DNA from: Patulibacter defluvii
GTDB lineage: Bacteria > Actinomycetota > Thermoleophilia > Solirubrobacterales > Solirubrobacteraceae
DNA length: 32,000 nt
Reading direction: 5' to 3'
Assembly: GCF_034096925.1 (NCBI RefSeq)
Contig: NZ_JAWZSQ010000003.1
Span: 197,532-229,531 of the forward strand
Position numbers and translations under genes: made by a program. The stretch's first letter is position 1, and every line of letters begins with the position of its first letter. Positions 1-7,520 of the stretch are shown in pieces. The notes under the pieces are model-generated. The model did no database searches and was not told where the DNA came from. It saw only the letters and a program-made list of their open reading frames with translations.

Positions 1-491
1 GTCCCGCGGGGGTAGGCGGCGATCGGGGTCTGGTTCAGCCACCCGTGGCTGACGACGCAGCCGCCGCAGAACGAGACCCCGTTCGACTCGGCCTTGCCGA
101 CCGTCAGCTTGCGGGTCCAGACCGCGGTGAGCCCGCCGAAGCCGTCCGGGCCCGGGTACCACCACAGGTACTGCTTGCCGTCGGGCGACATCGAGGGCTG
201 GTTGACCACCGCCTTGTCGAAGACGGTCCGCGCGCCCTTGCCGTCGGCGCCGGCCTGCACCAGCCCGCCGCTCTCCGGCACCCACGAGAGCGTCTTGCCG
301 TCGCGGGTGATCCCGGCCAGGCGGCCCGTGGCGACGGTCTTCGGCTTCGCGCTGCCGCCATCGGGATCGATCGTGCAGACCGAGGAACCGCACTGGTAGG
401 CGATCGTCGACGCGCTGGCCGGAACGGCGCCGGCGACGAGCAGCAGGCCGCCGGCGGCGAGCGCGGCGAGCGGTGACCGGGGGAACGGCAT
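1..491 (-). CDS. Secreted PD40/TolB-like beta-propeller repeat protein, N-terminal part (3' end lies beyond the window start)
   Basis: Absent from the ORF track because it has no stop codon in the window. My own reverse-strand translation from the ATG (complement of 489-491) reads MPFPRSPLAALAAGGLLLVAGAVPASASTIAYQCGSS...SMSPDGKQYLWWYPGPDG.... It has a signal peptide with an ASA-type cleavage site, an SPDGK PD40-like signature, near-uniform G/C at codon position 3, and GGAGG 5 nt upstream of the ATG. Confidence 0.55.
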   Translation of the reverse strand, partial: MPFPRSPLAALAAGGLLLVAGAVPASASTIAYQCGSSVCTIDPDGGSAKPKTVATGRLAGITRDGKTLSWVPESGGLVQAGADGKGARTVFDKAVVNQPSMSPDGKQYLWWYPGPDGFGGLTAVWTRKLTVGKAESNGVSFCGGCVVSHGWLNQTPIAAYPRG

Positions 492-629
492 CGGGGCCTC
501 CGGAACGGGGGACGGGGGGCGTCCACGGCCCGACGACGAGCCGCAGGAGGCCGACGATATCCGCTGGTCGGAGCCCGGGAGCCGGAAGGGGCGAGCACGT
601 CAAAATCCTGCACATCACCACGCTGGTAT

Positions 630-2663
630 GTGTATCGTCGCGCCGTGGTCACGGATCTCCGCCCTCTCTGGGAGCCGGTGCAGGTCGGCCCCGTCACGCT
701 CCGCAACCGGATCGCGGCCGGCCCCTCGACGCTGCTCTACGCCGAGGACAACGTCCTCTCCGAGCGTCATGTGGCCTTCCACGCCGAGCGCGCCCGCGGT
801 GGCGCGGGCCTGATCCTCACCGAGGAGCACGGCGCCTACCGGACCGCGCTCGGGGCCTTCCCCGACGCCTGCACCGCCTGGGATCCGCGCGCGGTCCCGG
901 CGCTCGCGCGGCTGGCCGAGGCGGTCCACGAGCACGGCGCCGCGGCCTTCGTGCAGCTCTACGGTCCCGGGATCGCGGACACCGGCACGGTCGTCGGCGA
1001 CGCCTGGCAGCCGGTCGTCGGCCCCTCGCGCGTGCCCTCGCCCGGCCCGGGGGCGGTGCCCTACGCGCTCGGCGACGACGACATCGCCGAGATCGTCGCC
1101 GGCCACGCCACCTCGGCCCGCAACGTGGCCGAGGCCGGTCTCGACGGGGTCGAGGTCCACGCCGCCCATGGCTGGCTCGCGGCCCAGTTCCTGAGCCCGC
1201 TGTTCAACCGCCGCAGCGACCGCTACGGCGGCTCCGCGCGCCGCCGCTGCCGGTTCGTGCTCGAGCTCCTGGAGGCGATCCGCGCCGCCGCCGACGGCCT
1301 CGCGGTCGGGGTCCAGCTGTCGGTCGACGAGTACGTCGGCGCGGCCGGGATCACGCCCGAGGAGTGCCTGATCCAGGTCGACGAGCTGGTCGGCTCCGGG
1401 CTCGTCGACTACGTCAACGTCTCGACCGGCAGCCCGTTCTCGATCCCGCGCACGATCGCGGCGATGGAGGCGCCGGCGGCGGTCCTGGCCGATCACGGCC
1501 GCGCGATCCGCGAGGCCGTCGCGGGCCGGGCCGCGGTCCTGCTCGTCGACACGATCCGGACCGTCGACGACGCCGCCGCGGTGGTCGCCGCGGGCGCCGC
1601 CGACGTCGCGGTGATGACGCGCGCCCACTTCGCCGACCCGTTCCTGGTCCGCAAGGCGATGGCCGGGCGCACTGACGAGACGGTGCCCTGCATCGGCGAG
1701 AACGAGTGCATGGTGCGGGCCTTCGGGGCGCGGCCGGTGGCGTGCCTGATGAACCCGGCGATGGGCCGCGAGGCGCGCTGGGGCGAGCAGGCGACCGCCG
1801 CCGCACCGACCCCGGTCCCGCGGCGGATCGCGATCGCGGGCGCCGGTCCGGCCGGCCTGCGGGCGGCGGCGACGCTGGCCGACCGCGGGCACGAGGTGGT
1901 GGTCTGGGAGCGCGGGCCGCTCGGCGGTCACCTCGATCCGCTCTCGCGCCTGCCCGGCCGCCGCCGCTGGCGGTTGGCGATCGACGCCTTCGCGCGCGCC
2001 GCCGAGCGGGCCGGCGTCGAGCTGCGCCAGGGCGAGGCCGCGACCGCCGCCGGCCTCGCCGCGCACGCGCCCGACCTGGTGCTGTGCGCGACCGGCGCGA
2101 GCTGGGACCGCAGCGGCCTGTGGGCGGGGACGCCGGCCGCCGCGCCGCTGCCCGGGATCGATGCCCCGCACGTGCTCGACGTCGCCGAGGCGCTGCGACG
2201 GGCGCTCGACGACCCGACCGCGCTCGGCGCGCGGGTGGCGATCGTCGACGCGACCGGCGAGTACCTGCCGCTCGGCCTGGCCGACCTGCTCTCGGCCGCC
2301 GGCGTCCGCGTCGAGCTCGTCACCCCACAGGCCGAGGTCGGCCGCTGGGTCCGGCAGGCGCAGGACGGGACCGAGGTCTTCGCGCGGCTGGCCGAGCGCG
2401 GCGTCGCCGTGACGGCCGGTCGCGCCCTGGCCGCGGTCGCCGGCGACGCGGTCGCGCTGGAGGAGACCTGGTCGGGCCGGCGGGCGACGCTGGAGGGCGT
2501 CGACGCGGTCGTTCTGTCGCTGCTGCGGACGCCCGACGACCGGCTGCTGCGCGAGCTGGAGACCGCCGGCGTCGCCGCCCGCCCGCTCGGCGACGCGCTG
2601 GCGCCCCGGCGCACGATCGAGGTCGTCTACGAGGCCGAGGCGGTCGCCCGCGAGCTGGTCTAG
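630..2663 (+). CDS. Two-domain NADH:flavin oxidoreductase (Old Yellow Enzyme / 2,4-dienoyl-CoA reductase-like)
   Basis: 677-aa ORF. The N-terminal region is an OYE-type FMN barrel (VTLRNRIAAGP, HAAHGWLAAQFLSP). It is followed by a Cys linker PCIGENECMVRAFGARPVACLMNP and a Rossmann motif IAIAGAGPAGL. The start could be GTG 630 or the in-frame GTG 645, which lies 6 nt after TATCGT (633-638). Confidence 0.85.
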   Translation: MYRRAVVTDLRPLWEPVQVGPVTLRNRIAAGPSTLLYAEDNVLSERHVAFHAERARGGAGLILTEEHGAYRTALGAFPDACTAWDPRAVPALARLAEAVHEHGAAAFVQLYGPGIADTGTVVGDAWQPVVGPSRVPSPGPGAVPYALGDDDIAEIVAGHATSARNVAEAGLDGVEVHAAHGWLAAQFLSPLFNRRSDRYGGSARRRCRFVLELLEAIRAAADGLAVGVQLSVDEYVGAAGITPEECLIQVDELVGSGLVDYVNVSTGSPFSIPRTIAAMEAPAAVLADHGRAIREAVAGRAAVLLVDTIRTVDDAAAVVAAGAADVAVMTRAHFADPFLVRKAMAGRTDETVPCIGENECMVRAFGARPVACLMNPAMGREARWGEQATAAAPTPVPRRIAIAGAGPAGLRAAATLADRGHEVVVWERGPLGGHLDPLSRLPGRRRWRLAIDAFARAAERAGVELRQGEAATAAGLAAHAPDLVLCATGASWDRSGLWAGTPAAAPLPGIDAPHVLDVAEALRRALDDPTALGARVAIVDATGEYLPLGLADLLSAAGVRVELVTPQAEVGRWVRQAQDGTEVFARLAERGVAVTAGRALAAVAGDAVALEETWSGRRATLEGVDAVVLSLLRTPDDRLLRELETAGVAARPLGDALAPRRTIEVVYEAEAVARELV

Positions 2664-2667
2664 CCGC

Positions 2668-2690
2668 GGCGCCGGACCGGGAGCGGCGCC
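2668..2690. terminator. GC-rich hairpin between convergent genes (possible bidirectional terminator)
   Basis: GGCGCCG (2668-2674) and CGGCGCC (2684-2690) form a perfect 7-bp inverted repeat with a 9-nt loop. It sits in the 53-nt gap between the stops at 2663 (+) and 2717 (-). There is no U-tract. Confidence 0.35.
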
Positions 2691-2716
2691 CGCCCCTCCC
2701 GGCCCGACGCGGACGG

Positions 2717-5659
2717 CTAGCGGCGGGTGGTCTTCGCCTTGCCCGTCGCCGACTTGCGCTTGGCGGGCTGCGCCTTGCGGACCGCGCACGGGGTCCCGAT
2801 CCGCACGCTGGCCGCCCGCGGCGCGGCGCCGTTCTGCCCGGCCAGCGCCACGCGACCGGTCAGCTTGCGGCCGCAGAGCGCCCGGGTGGTGGCGATGATC
2901 CCGTGGCGGCCGCCGTTGATGTTGAGCGTGAACGACGTGATCGGCTGGTCGGGGATCGCCGCGAACGTCGTCACCAGCTGCTTGCGGCGGATCGCGGTCG
3001 TCGAGCGGAGGTCGATCGCCACCTCGCCGCGCAGCGCCACGTAGAGCGTCGGCAGGGTCTTGATCTCGCGCCCCGTCCTCGGATCGCGGCGGACGCCCTT
3101 GACGAAGTAGACCGGGCCGCTGAGCGGGCGGTCGAGGATCGACGTCTCGGCGGTCGCGGAGCCGACGACCGACGACGCCGGGCAGCTGCCCTTCAGCGCG
3201 TCCGCCGCCTCGCAGAGGCCCCGGGCGTTGGCCGCCGCCAGCGAGAGCGACGTCGGCAGCGCGACCGTCGCCGACCGCAGGCCGGCCTCGCCCTCGGCCT
3301 GGGTCACGGTCGCCGTCACGCGCGGGTGCTTGTGCTTGCCCATCTGGGTCTTGTTGGCGACCGCCAGCCGCACCTTCGGCGCGAACCGCAGCTGCTGGCA
3401 GCCGGTGAACGACAGCGGCGCGGCCGGGCTGGCGGTGGCGCCGCCGGCCGAGGTCAGCGTCGCCGCGACCGCGCCGGTCGAGCACGAGGTCGGGTTGCGC
3501 AGGAAGCCGGGGCGGTCGATCCGCAGCGTCAGCTCGCGCAGCCGCAGCAGGATCCCCTCGTGGACCTGCGGCAGCGGATCGCTGTCGACCGTCACCTGGG
3601 CGCTGGCCGGGTCGATTCGCAGTGCCTGCCGGACGACGACGTGCCCCAGGTCGTAGGGGCCGGCGAGCGCGCGGACGATCGCCACCATCCCGAACGGCGC
3701 ACCCTTGTAGCCGCCGGTCAGGTACAGGCTGCCGTTCAGCGCGTAGGGCGCGGCGCCCGGCCCGGCCTTGGTCGCGACGCTGCCGATCCGCGAGGCGGCG
3801 GGGCAGCTGGCGGCGGCCACGTCCTCCTCGGCGCAGCGCTGGACGCCGCGCAGCTTGGCCGTCATGCCGAGCGGCAGGCGCGCGCCGACGCCGCCCAGGT
3901 ACTGGTCGCCGTCGGGCCGCGAGAGCGTCACCGTCAGCGGGGCGAAGGCGCCCGACTGGGCGGAGCCGGCGGCGATCGCGAAGCCGGGCGAGAAGCCGAG
4001 CGGCCCGCAGCCGGTGACGTTCAGCGGGCTGCCGACCGCGACCGGCGCCGTGCCCGAGTAGGGCGTGAAGGTGGTGGTGGCCGTCGCGGCGCCGCAGCTC
4101 TGCGGCGAGGCGACGATCGCCTTCGCGCCGCCGTCGAAGTCGAGCGTCATCCGCGAGAACGGCAGCTGCGGGTTGTCGGCGAAGCTGGTGGTCAGCTGGC
4201 CGCTGGTGGGATCGGCGTCGACGCGGCCCTTGAGCCGGATCGCGATCCCGCGGCCCTCGGCGGTCACGAACAGCCGGTAGCGCTGCCCGGCCTGCGGCTG
4301 ACCGAGGTAGATCGCGCCCTCCAGCGGCTCGTCGAGAAGCGGCGACTGGATCGCGACCCGGCCGACCTTCGACGCCGGCGGGCAGCTGATCGGCTGGTCG
4401 GTGCCCTGGGCCAGGTCGCGGTCGCTGCACGCCTCCAGCCCGTCGGCGGCCGAGGGGCTGATCGACATCCCGGGCGGCAGGGTCAGCTTGACGTCGCGGA
4501 CGTGGGCGGCGGCGAGGCTGCCGCCGTCCTTGGTCTGCGGGACCGACAGCGAGACCGAGAGCGGGGTCGGCGCGTCGGCCTGCAGCGCGCTCGGACCGAA
4601 GCTCGTGGTCGGCGCGAACGGCAGCCGCTCGCAGCCGTCGCTGCCGACCGGGGTCGTGTCGCTCGAGCGCGAGCTCTTGCCCTTGGTCGAGGTGATCTCG
4701 ATCCGGGTCGTCTGGGGCCCGCTGCAGCTGGTCGGGTTGGTCAGGAAGGCGGTGGTCTTGTCGTCCACCTGGAGCCCGCCGCGCGAGTCGGGATCGGTCT
4801 GCAGGTCGGGGCCGGCGAGGGTCAGCAGCGCCATCCCGGCGAGCCCCCGCTCGGGGTCGTGGACCGGGTCGCCGGGGACGCCCCAGAGGGTCAGCTTCGA
4901 CCAGACCAGCAGCGGGTTCCGCGGCAGGTTCCTGATCTCGACGTAGGTGCCGTGGTCGGAGGGCCGGACGCCGCCGACCAGGTCGATCGGGTCGAGGTTG
5001 CCGTCCATCATGTAGGAGAGCGTCACCTGGCGCGGGTTGATCGCGAACCGCGCGACCTGGCCCTTGGCGCGGGTCATGTTGTAGACCGGCGCGACCGCCT
5101 CGACGGTGTTGCGGCCGGTGAAGATCGTGCCGCGGACCCGCATCCGCTGGATCCCGACCTGCGACGCGACGGGGCAGCCGCTGCCGGGCGGGCCCTTGCG
5201 CACGGCCGCGTAGTCCGGGTCGCCGGAGTCGCCGATGATCGAGAGGTTGTCGAGCTGCTCGTCGGTGCAGGTCGGGATCGCGGTCGGATCGGCGACCAGC
5301 CCGGCCGGCAGGTCGACGCGGATGTCGCGCGTGTAGCCGTAGGGCTCGCCGGGGTAGGTGTGGTTGCCGTTGGTGACCTCCTGGCTGGCCAGCCCGAACT
5401 CGGCGCTCGCGAAGGCCGGGTGGCCGCCGGCCTGGGTGAAGAGCGAGGCGCGGTCGGCGTTGCTCCCGTCGCTGGTCTTGAAGACGCCGGCCGAGAAGCT
5501 GGTCAGCCCGAAGTCGGTGTCCGGCAGCGCCGGTGGGGCCGGCATCGAGTCGGCGGCCATCGCCGGCCCGGCGACGAGCAGCGAGGCGAGGCCGAGCGCG
5601 GCGGCGAGGCCACGGGACGCGCGCCCCGTCCGCGCACGCCGATTGGAGGTGAGACCCAC
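2717..5659 (-). CDS. Large secreted Cys-rich protein of unknown function (980 aa) with internal ~200-aa module repeats and a Lys/Arg-rich C-terminal tail
   Basis: GTG start. The signal peptide is MGLTSNRRARTGRASRGLAAALGLASLLVAGPAMAADS. G/C at codon position 3 is strong throughout. The motif set NPTSC ... GC..L.F.P ... LP.G ... C...SCP..S.[VI]G ... PL.G.[IV]Y repeats three times. The protein ends in AQPAKRKSATGKAKTTRR. I recognise no family. Confidence 0.8.
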   Translation of the reverse strand: MGLTSNRRARTGRASRGLAAALGLASLLVAGPAMAADSMPAPPALPDTDFGLTSFSAGVFKTSDGSNADRASLFTQAGGHPAFASAEFGLASQEVTNGNHTYPGEPYGYTRDIRVDLPAGLVADPTAIPTCTDEQLDNLSIIGDSGDPDYAAVRKGPPGSGCPVASQVGIQRMRVRGTIFTGRNTVEAVAPVYNMTRAKGQVARFAINPRQVTLSYMMDGNLDPIDLVGGVRPSDHGTYVEIRNLPRNPLLVWSKLTLWGVPGDPVHDPERGLAGMALLTLAGPDLQTDPDSRGGLQVDDKTTAFLTNPTSCSGPQTTRIEITSTKGKSSRSSDTTPVGSDGCERLPFAPTTSFGPSALQADAPTPLSVSLSVPQTKDGGSLAAAHVRDVKLTLPPGMSISPSAADGLEACSDRDLAQGTDQPISCPPASKVGRVAIQSPLLDEPLEGAIYLGQPQAGQRYRLFVTAEGRGIAIRLKGRVDADPTSGQLTTSFADNPQLPFSRMTLDFDGGAKAIVASPQSCGAATATTTFTPYSGTAPVAVGSPLNVTGCGPLGFSPGFAIAAGSAQSGAFAPLTVTLSRPDGDQYLGGVGARLPLGMTAKLRGVQRCAEEDVAAASCPAASRIGSVATKAGPGAAPYALNGSLYLTGGYKGAPFGMVAIVRALAGPYDLGHVVVRQALRIDPASAQVTVDSDPLPQVHEGILLRLRELTLRIDRPGFLRNPTSCSTGAVAATLTSAGGATASPAAPLSFTGCQQLRFAPKVRLAVANKTQMGKHKHPRVTATVTQAEGEAGLRSATVALPTSLSLAAANARGLCEAADALKGSCPASSVVGSATAETSILDRPLSGPVYFVKGVRRDPRTGREIKTLPTLYVALRGEVAIDLRSTTAIRRKQLVTTFAAIPDQPITSFTLNINGGRHGIIATTRALCGRKLTGRVALAGQNGAAPRAASVRIGTPCAVRKAQPAKRKSATGKAKTTRR

Positions 5660-6037
5660 GGAGGCGTTCCCTTCGTCCTGTTGCAGAAGCCGGGCAGGCT
5701 AGATGAAGGACCGCTTTCGTGTCCGAGAGAAACGCCATTGTCCGACCCGCGTCGAACCGCGTACGTCGTCCGCGTTGACCGTGGCGAGTTCCCCTGCGGA
5801 ACGGGGGTCGAAACGTTTTCGCCAGTGTCCGCCGTGCGCCGCCGTGCGTTGGGCCGTCCGCGCGACGGTCACCGCGGGGGCGCTTCGGAAACGTCGTCGG
5901 ACATCCGTCCAGAGGCTGGGGCGGGCCAGCCCGCCGATCCCGAGCACGTGCTCGATGCCGGCGGTCCTGCCAGGGTGGAGGGGCGGCCGGCCTGGCGTAG
6001 GGTCGGTCCCGTCCGTCGCCTCACCCGGGAGCTGCTC

Positions 6038-7084
6038 ATGACCGACCTCTGGACCGCCGTCAAGGACCTGCCGATCACGATCGAGTCGTCGTCGTTCGAG
6101 GCGTTGGTGCCGAGCGGCCCCCTGGGGATGGAGGACTACACGACGACCCAGCTGCGGCTGCGGGGTCGTGGTGAGGAGGGGATCGGTGAGCAGGTCGGGA
6201 TGCCGGGTACGCAGGAGAGCCTGCGTGCCAGTGATCATTCGCTGACGGGGGAGTGGTCGACGCTGGCGGGGTTCCTGGACCATCTCGACACGATCGAGAT
6301 GTGGCCGGAGGCGCCGGAGTACGAGTTGGAGCGGAACTGGCGGCGCTGGACGTTCGAGTCGGCCGCGCTCGACCTCGCGTTGCGGCAGGCGGGGACGAGC
6401 CTGCCGGAGGTGCTGGGCCGGACGCCGCGGCCGTTGACCTTCGTCAACTCGTTCGGTCTCGGCGATCCGCCCGAGATCGACAAGGTCGCCAAGCGGCGGG
6501 CGGCGCAGCCGACGGTCGGCTTCAAGCTCGACGTCGCGCCCTCGTGGACGCAGGAGATCATGGACCGCGTGGCCGCCGTCGAGGGCGTCGCCACGATCGA
6601 CTTCAAGGGCCAGTACGGGATCGAGGTCGAGGACGAGGCGGCGCTGCTGGCGATGTACGAGCGGACGCTGGCCACCTTCACCGAGGCGGTCTTCGAGGAC
6701 CCGCACGACGACCCGGCGATCCTCGAGCTGCTGGCGCCGTTCGCCGACCGGGTCTCCTACGACGCGCCGATCACCACCGTCGAGTCGATCGCCGCCACCG
6801 CGATCGAGCCCCGGATCGTCAACGTCAAGCCCTGCCGCGTCGGGCGGCTGGCGGAGCTCAGCCGGCTCTACGCCCACTGCGGGGCGACCGGCATCCGGAT
6901 GTACAACGGCGGCATGGGCGAGCTGGGCGTCGGTCGCGGCCAGGCCCAGCTGCTGGCCGCGCTCTTTCACCCCGACGCACCGAACGACATCGCACCCTCG
7001 GACTACAACCTCGAGCAGCCCCCGCCCGGCCTCCCGCCGAGCCCGCTCGATCCGGCGCCCGACCGCGGCTTCCGACGCCGCTGA
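6038..7084 (+). CDS. Enolase-superfamily-like (MR/MLE-type barrel) protein, function unknown
   Basis: This is the 348-aa tail of the 1792-aa track ORF, and only this part reads like protein. Barrel-strand-like motifs are GFKLDV, IDFKGQY, VFEDP, VSYDAP and VNVKPCRVGRL. GGGAG lies 6 nt upstream of ATG 6038. Confidence 0.5.
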   Translation: MTDLWTAVKDLPITIESSSFEALVPSGPLGMEDYTTTQLRLRGRGEEGIGEQVGMPGTQESLRASDHSLTGEWSTLAGFLDHLDTIEMWPEAPEYELERNWRRWTFESAALDLALRQAGTSLPEVLGRTPRPLTFVNSFGLGDPPEIDKVAKRRAAQPTVGFKLDVAPSWTQEIMDRVAAVEGVATIDFKGQYGIEVEDEAALLAMYERTLATFTEAVFEDPHDDPAILELLAPFADRVSYDAPITTVESIAATAIEPRIVNVKPCRVGRLAELSRLYAHCGATGIRMYNGGMGELGVGRGQAQLLAALFHPDAPNDIAPSDYNLEQPPPGLPPSPLDPAPDRGFRRR

Positions 7085-7087
7085 GGG

Positions 7088-7450
7088 CTACTCCCCGAGC
7101 ATCGGCCGCGGATCGAAGGTGACCCGGACGGCCGTGATCAGGCCGTCCTCGACGTGGGTCCAGTTGGCGACCTGCATCGGCGGCTTGCCGGCGATCGTCA
7201 GCGCCGACCAGGTGACGACGTCGCGGTCGTCGGCCAGCCGCAGCAGCACGTCGTTGGCGGTGGTGGCGGCGAACATGCCGGCCAGTCCTCGCAGGAACTC
7301 GTCGGGGCCGCGGGTCGCGCCGAGGACGCCGTCGAAGGTGACGTCGGGAGCGAGCAGCGGGCGCAGCGGCTCGGGGTCGCCGGCCGCCCAGCAGGCGAAG
7401 TAGCGCTCGGCGATCGCGCGCGGGTCGGTCGGGCGGTCGGTGGACGTCAT
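7088..7450 (-). CDS. SnoaL-like / NTF2-fold small protein
   Basis: The internal ATG at codon 126 of track ORF 7088..7825 gives 120 aa: MTSTDRPTDPRAIAERYFACWAAGDPEPLRPLLAPDVTFDG.... The YFxCWxxGD...L..LLAPDV..D pattern is typical of SnoaL/ketosteroid-isomerase-like proteins. The upstream 125 codons are Arg/Ser-rich junk. Confidence 0.6.
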   Translation of the reverse strand: MTSTDRPTDPRAIAERYFACWAAGDPEPLRPLLAPDVTFDGVLGATRGPDEFLRGLAGMFAATTANDVLLRLADDRDVVTWSALTIAGKPPMQVANWTHVEDGLITAVRVTFDPRPMLGE

Positions 7451-7520
7451 GGGTCGATGTTCGAGCGCCCGGTTCCAGAAGTCCAATACCTGGTTCGGAT
7501 CGAATATAGAATTCTCAGTT
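7451..7520. promoter_or_regulatory. Divergent promoter region between the SnoaL-like gene and the LysR gene
   Basis: It is one of the most AT-rich segments of the window (GAATATAGAATTCTCAGTT). TAGAAT (7507-7512) fits TANNNT and lies 8 nt before ATG 7521. A short inverted repeat TTCGgatCGAA lies at about 7493-7503. No binding site is proven. Confidence 0.3.

Noticed and set aside
501-511. The 11-mer CGGAACGGGGG shared between 501-511 and 5797-5807
   Set aside because: It is a G/C-dominated short match. Many such coincidences are expected in 32 kb at this base composition, and the two sites share no flanking similarity.
5560-5659. Twin-arginine (Tat) signal on the 980-aa protein (NRRARTG)
   Set aside because: It does not fit the S/T-R-R-x-F-L-K consensus. 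An ordinary Sec-type signal peptide (hydrophobic core plus AMA cleavage site) explains it.
615-5738. 1707-aa minus-strand ORF, and the overlapping 1792-aa plus-strand ORF at 1706-7084
   Set aside because: Their translations are monotonous Arg/Pro/Gly/Ala/Asp strings with no motifs. They run antisense to, or out of frame with, the well-supported flavoprotein and 980-aa genes. Long stop-free shadow frames are expected in DNA this GC-rich. Only the last 348 codons of 1706-7084 read as real protein.
5703-6041. 112-aa ORF as a genuine protein gene
   Set aside because: It is Arg-rich and low in complexity. Its G/C at codon position 3 is clearly below that of neighbouring genes, and it has no SD or recognisable domain. 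It is kept only as a note within the intergenic-region finding.
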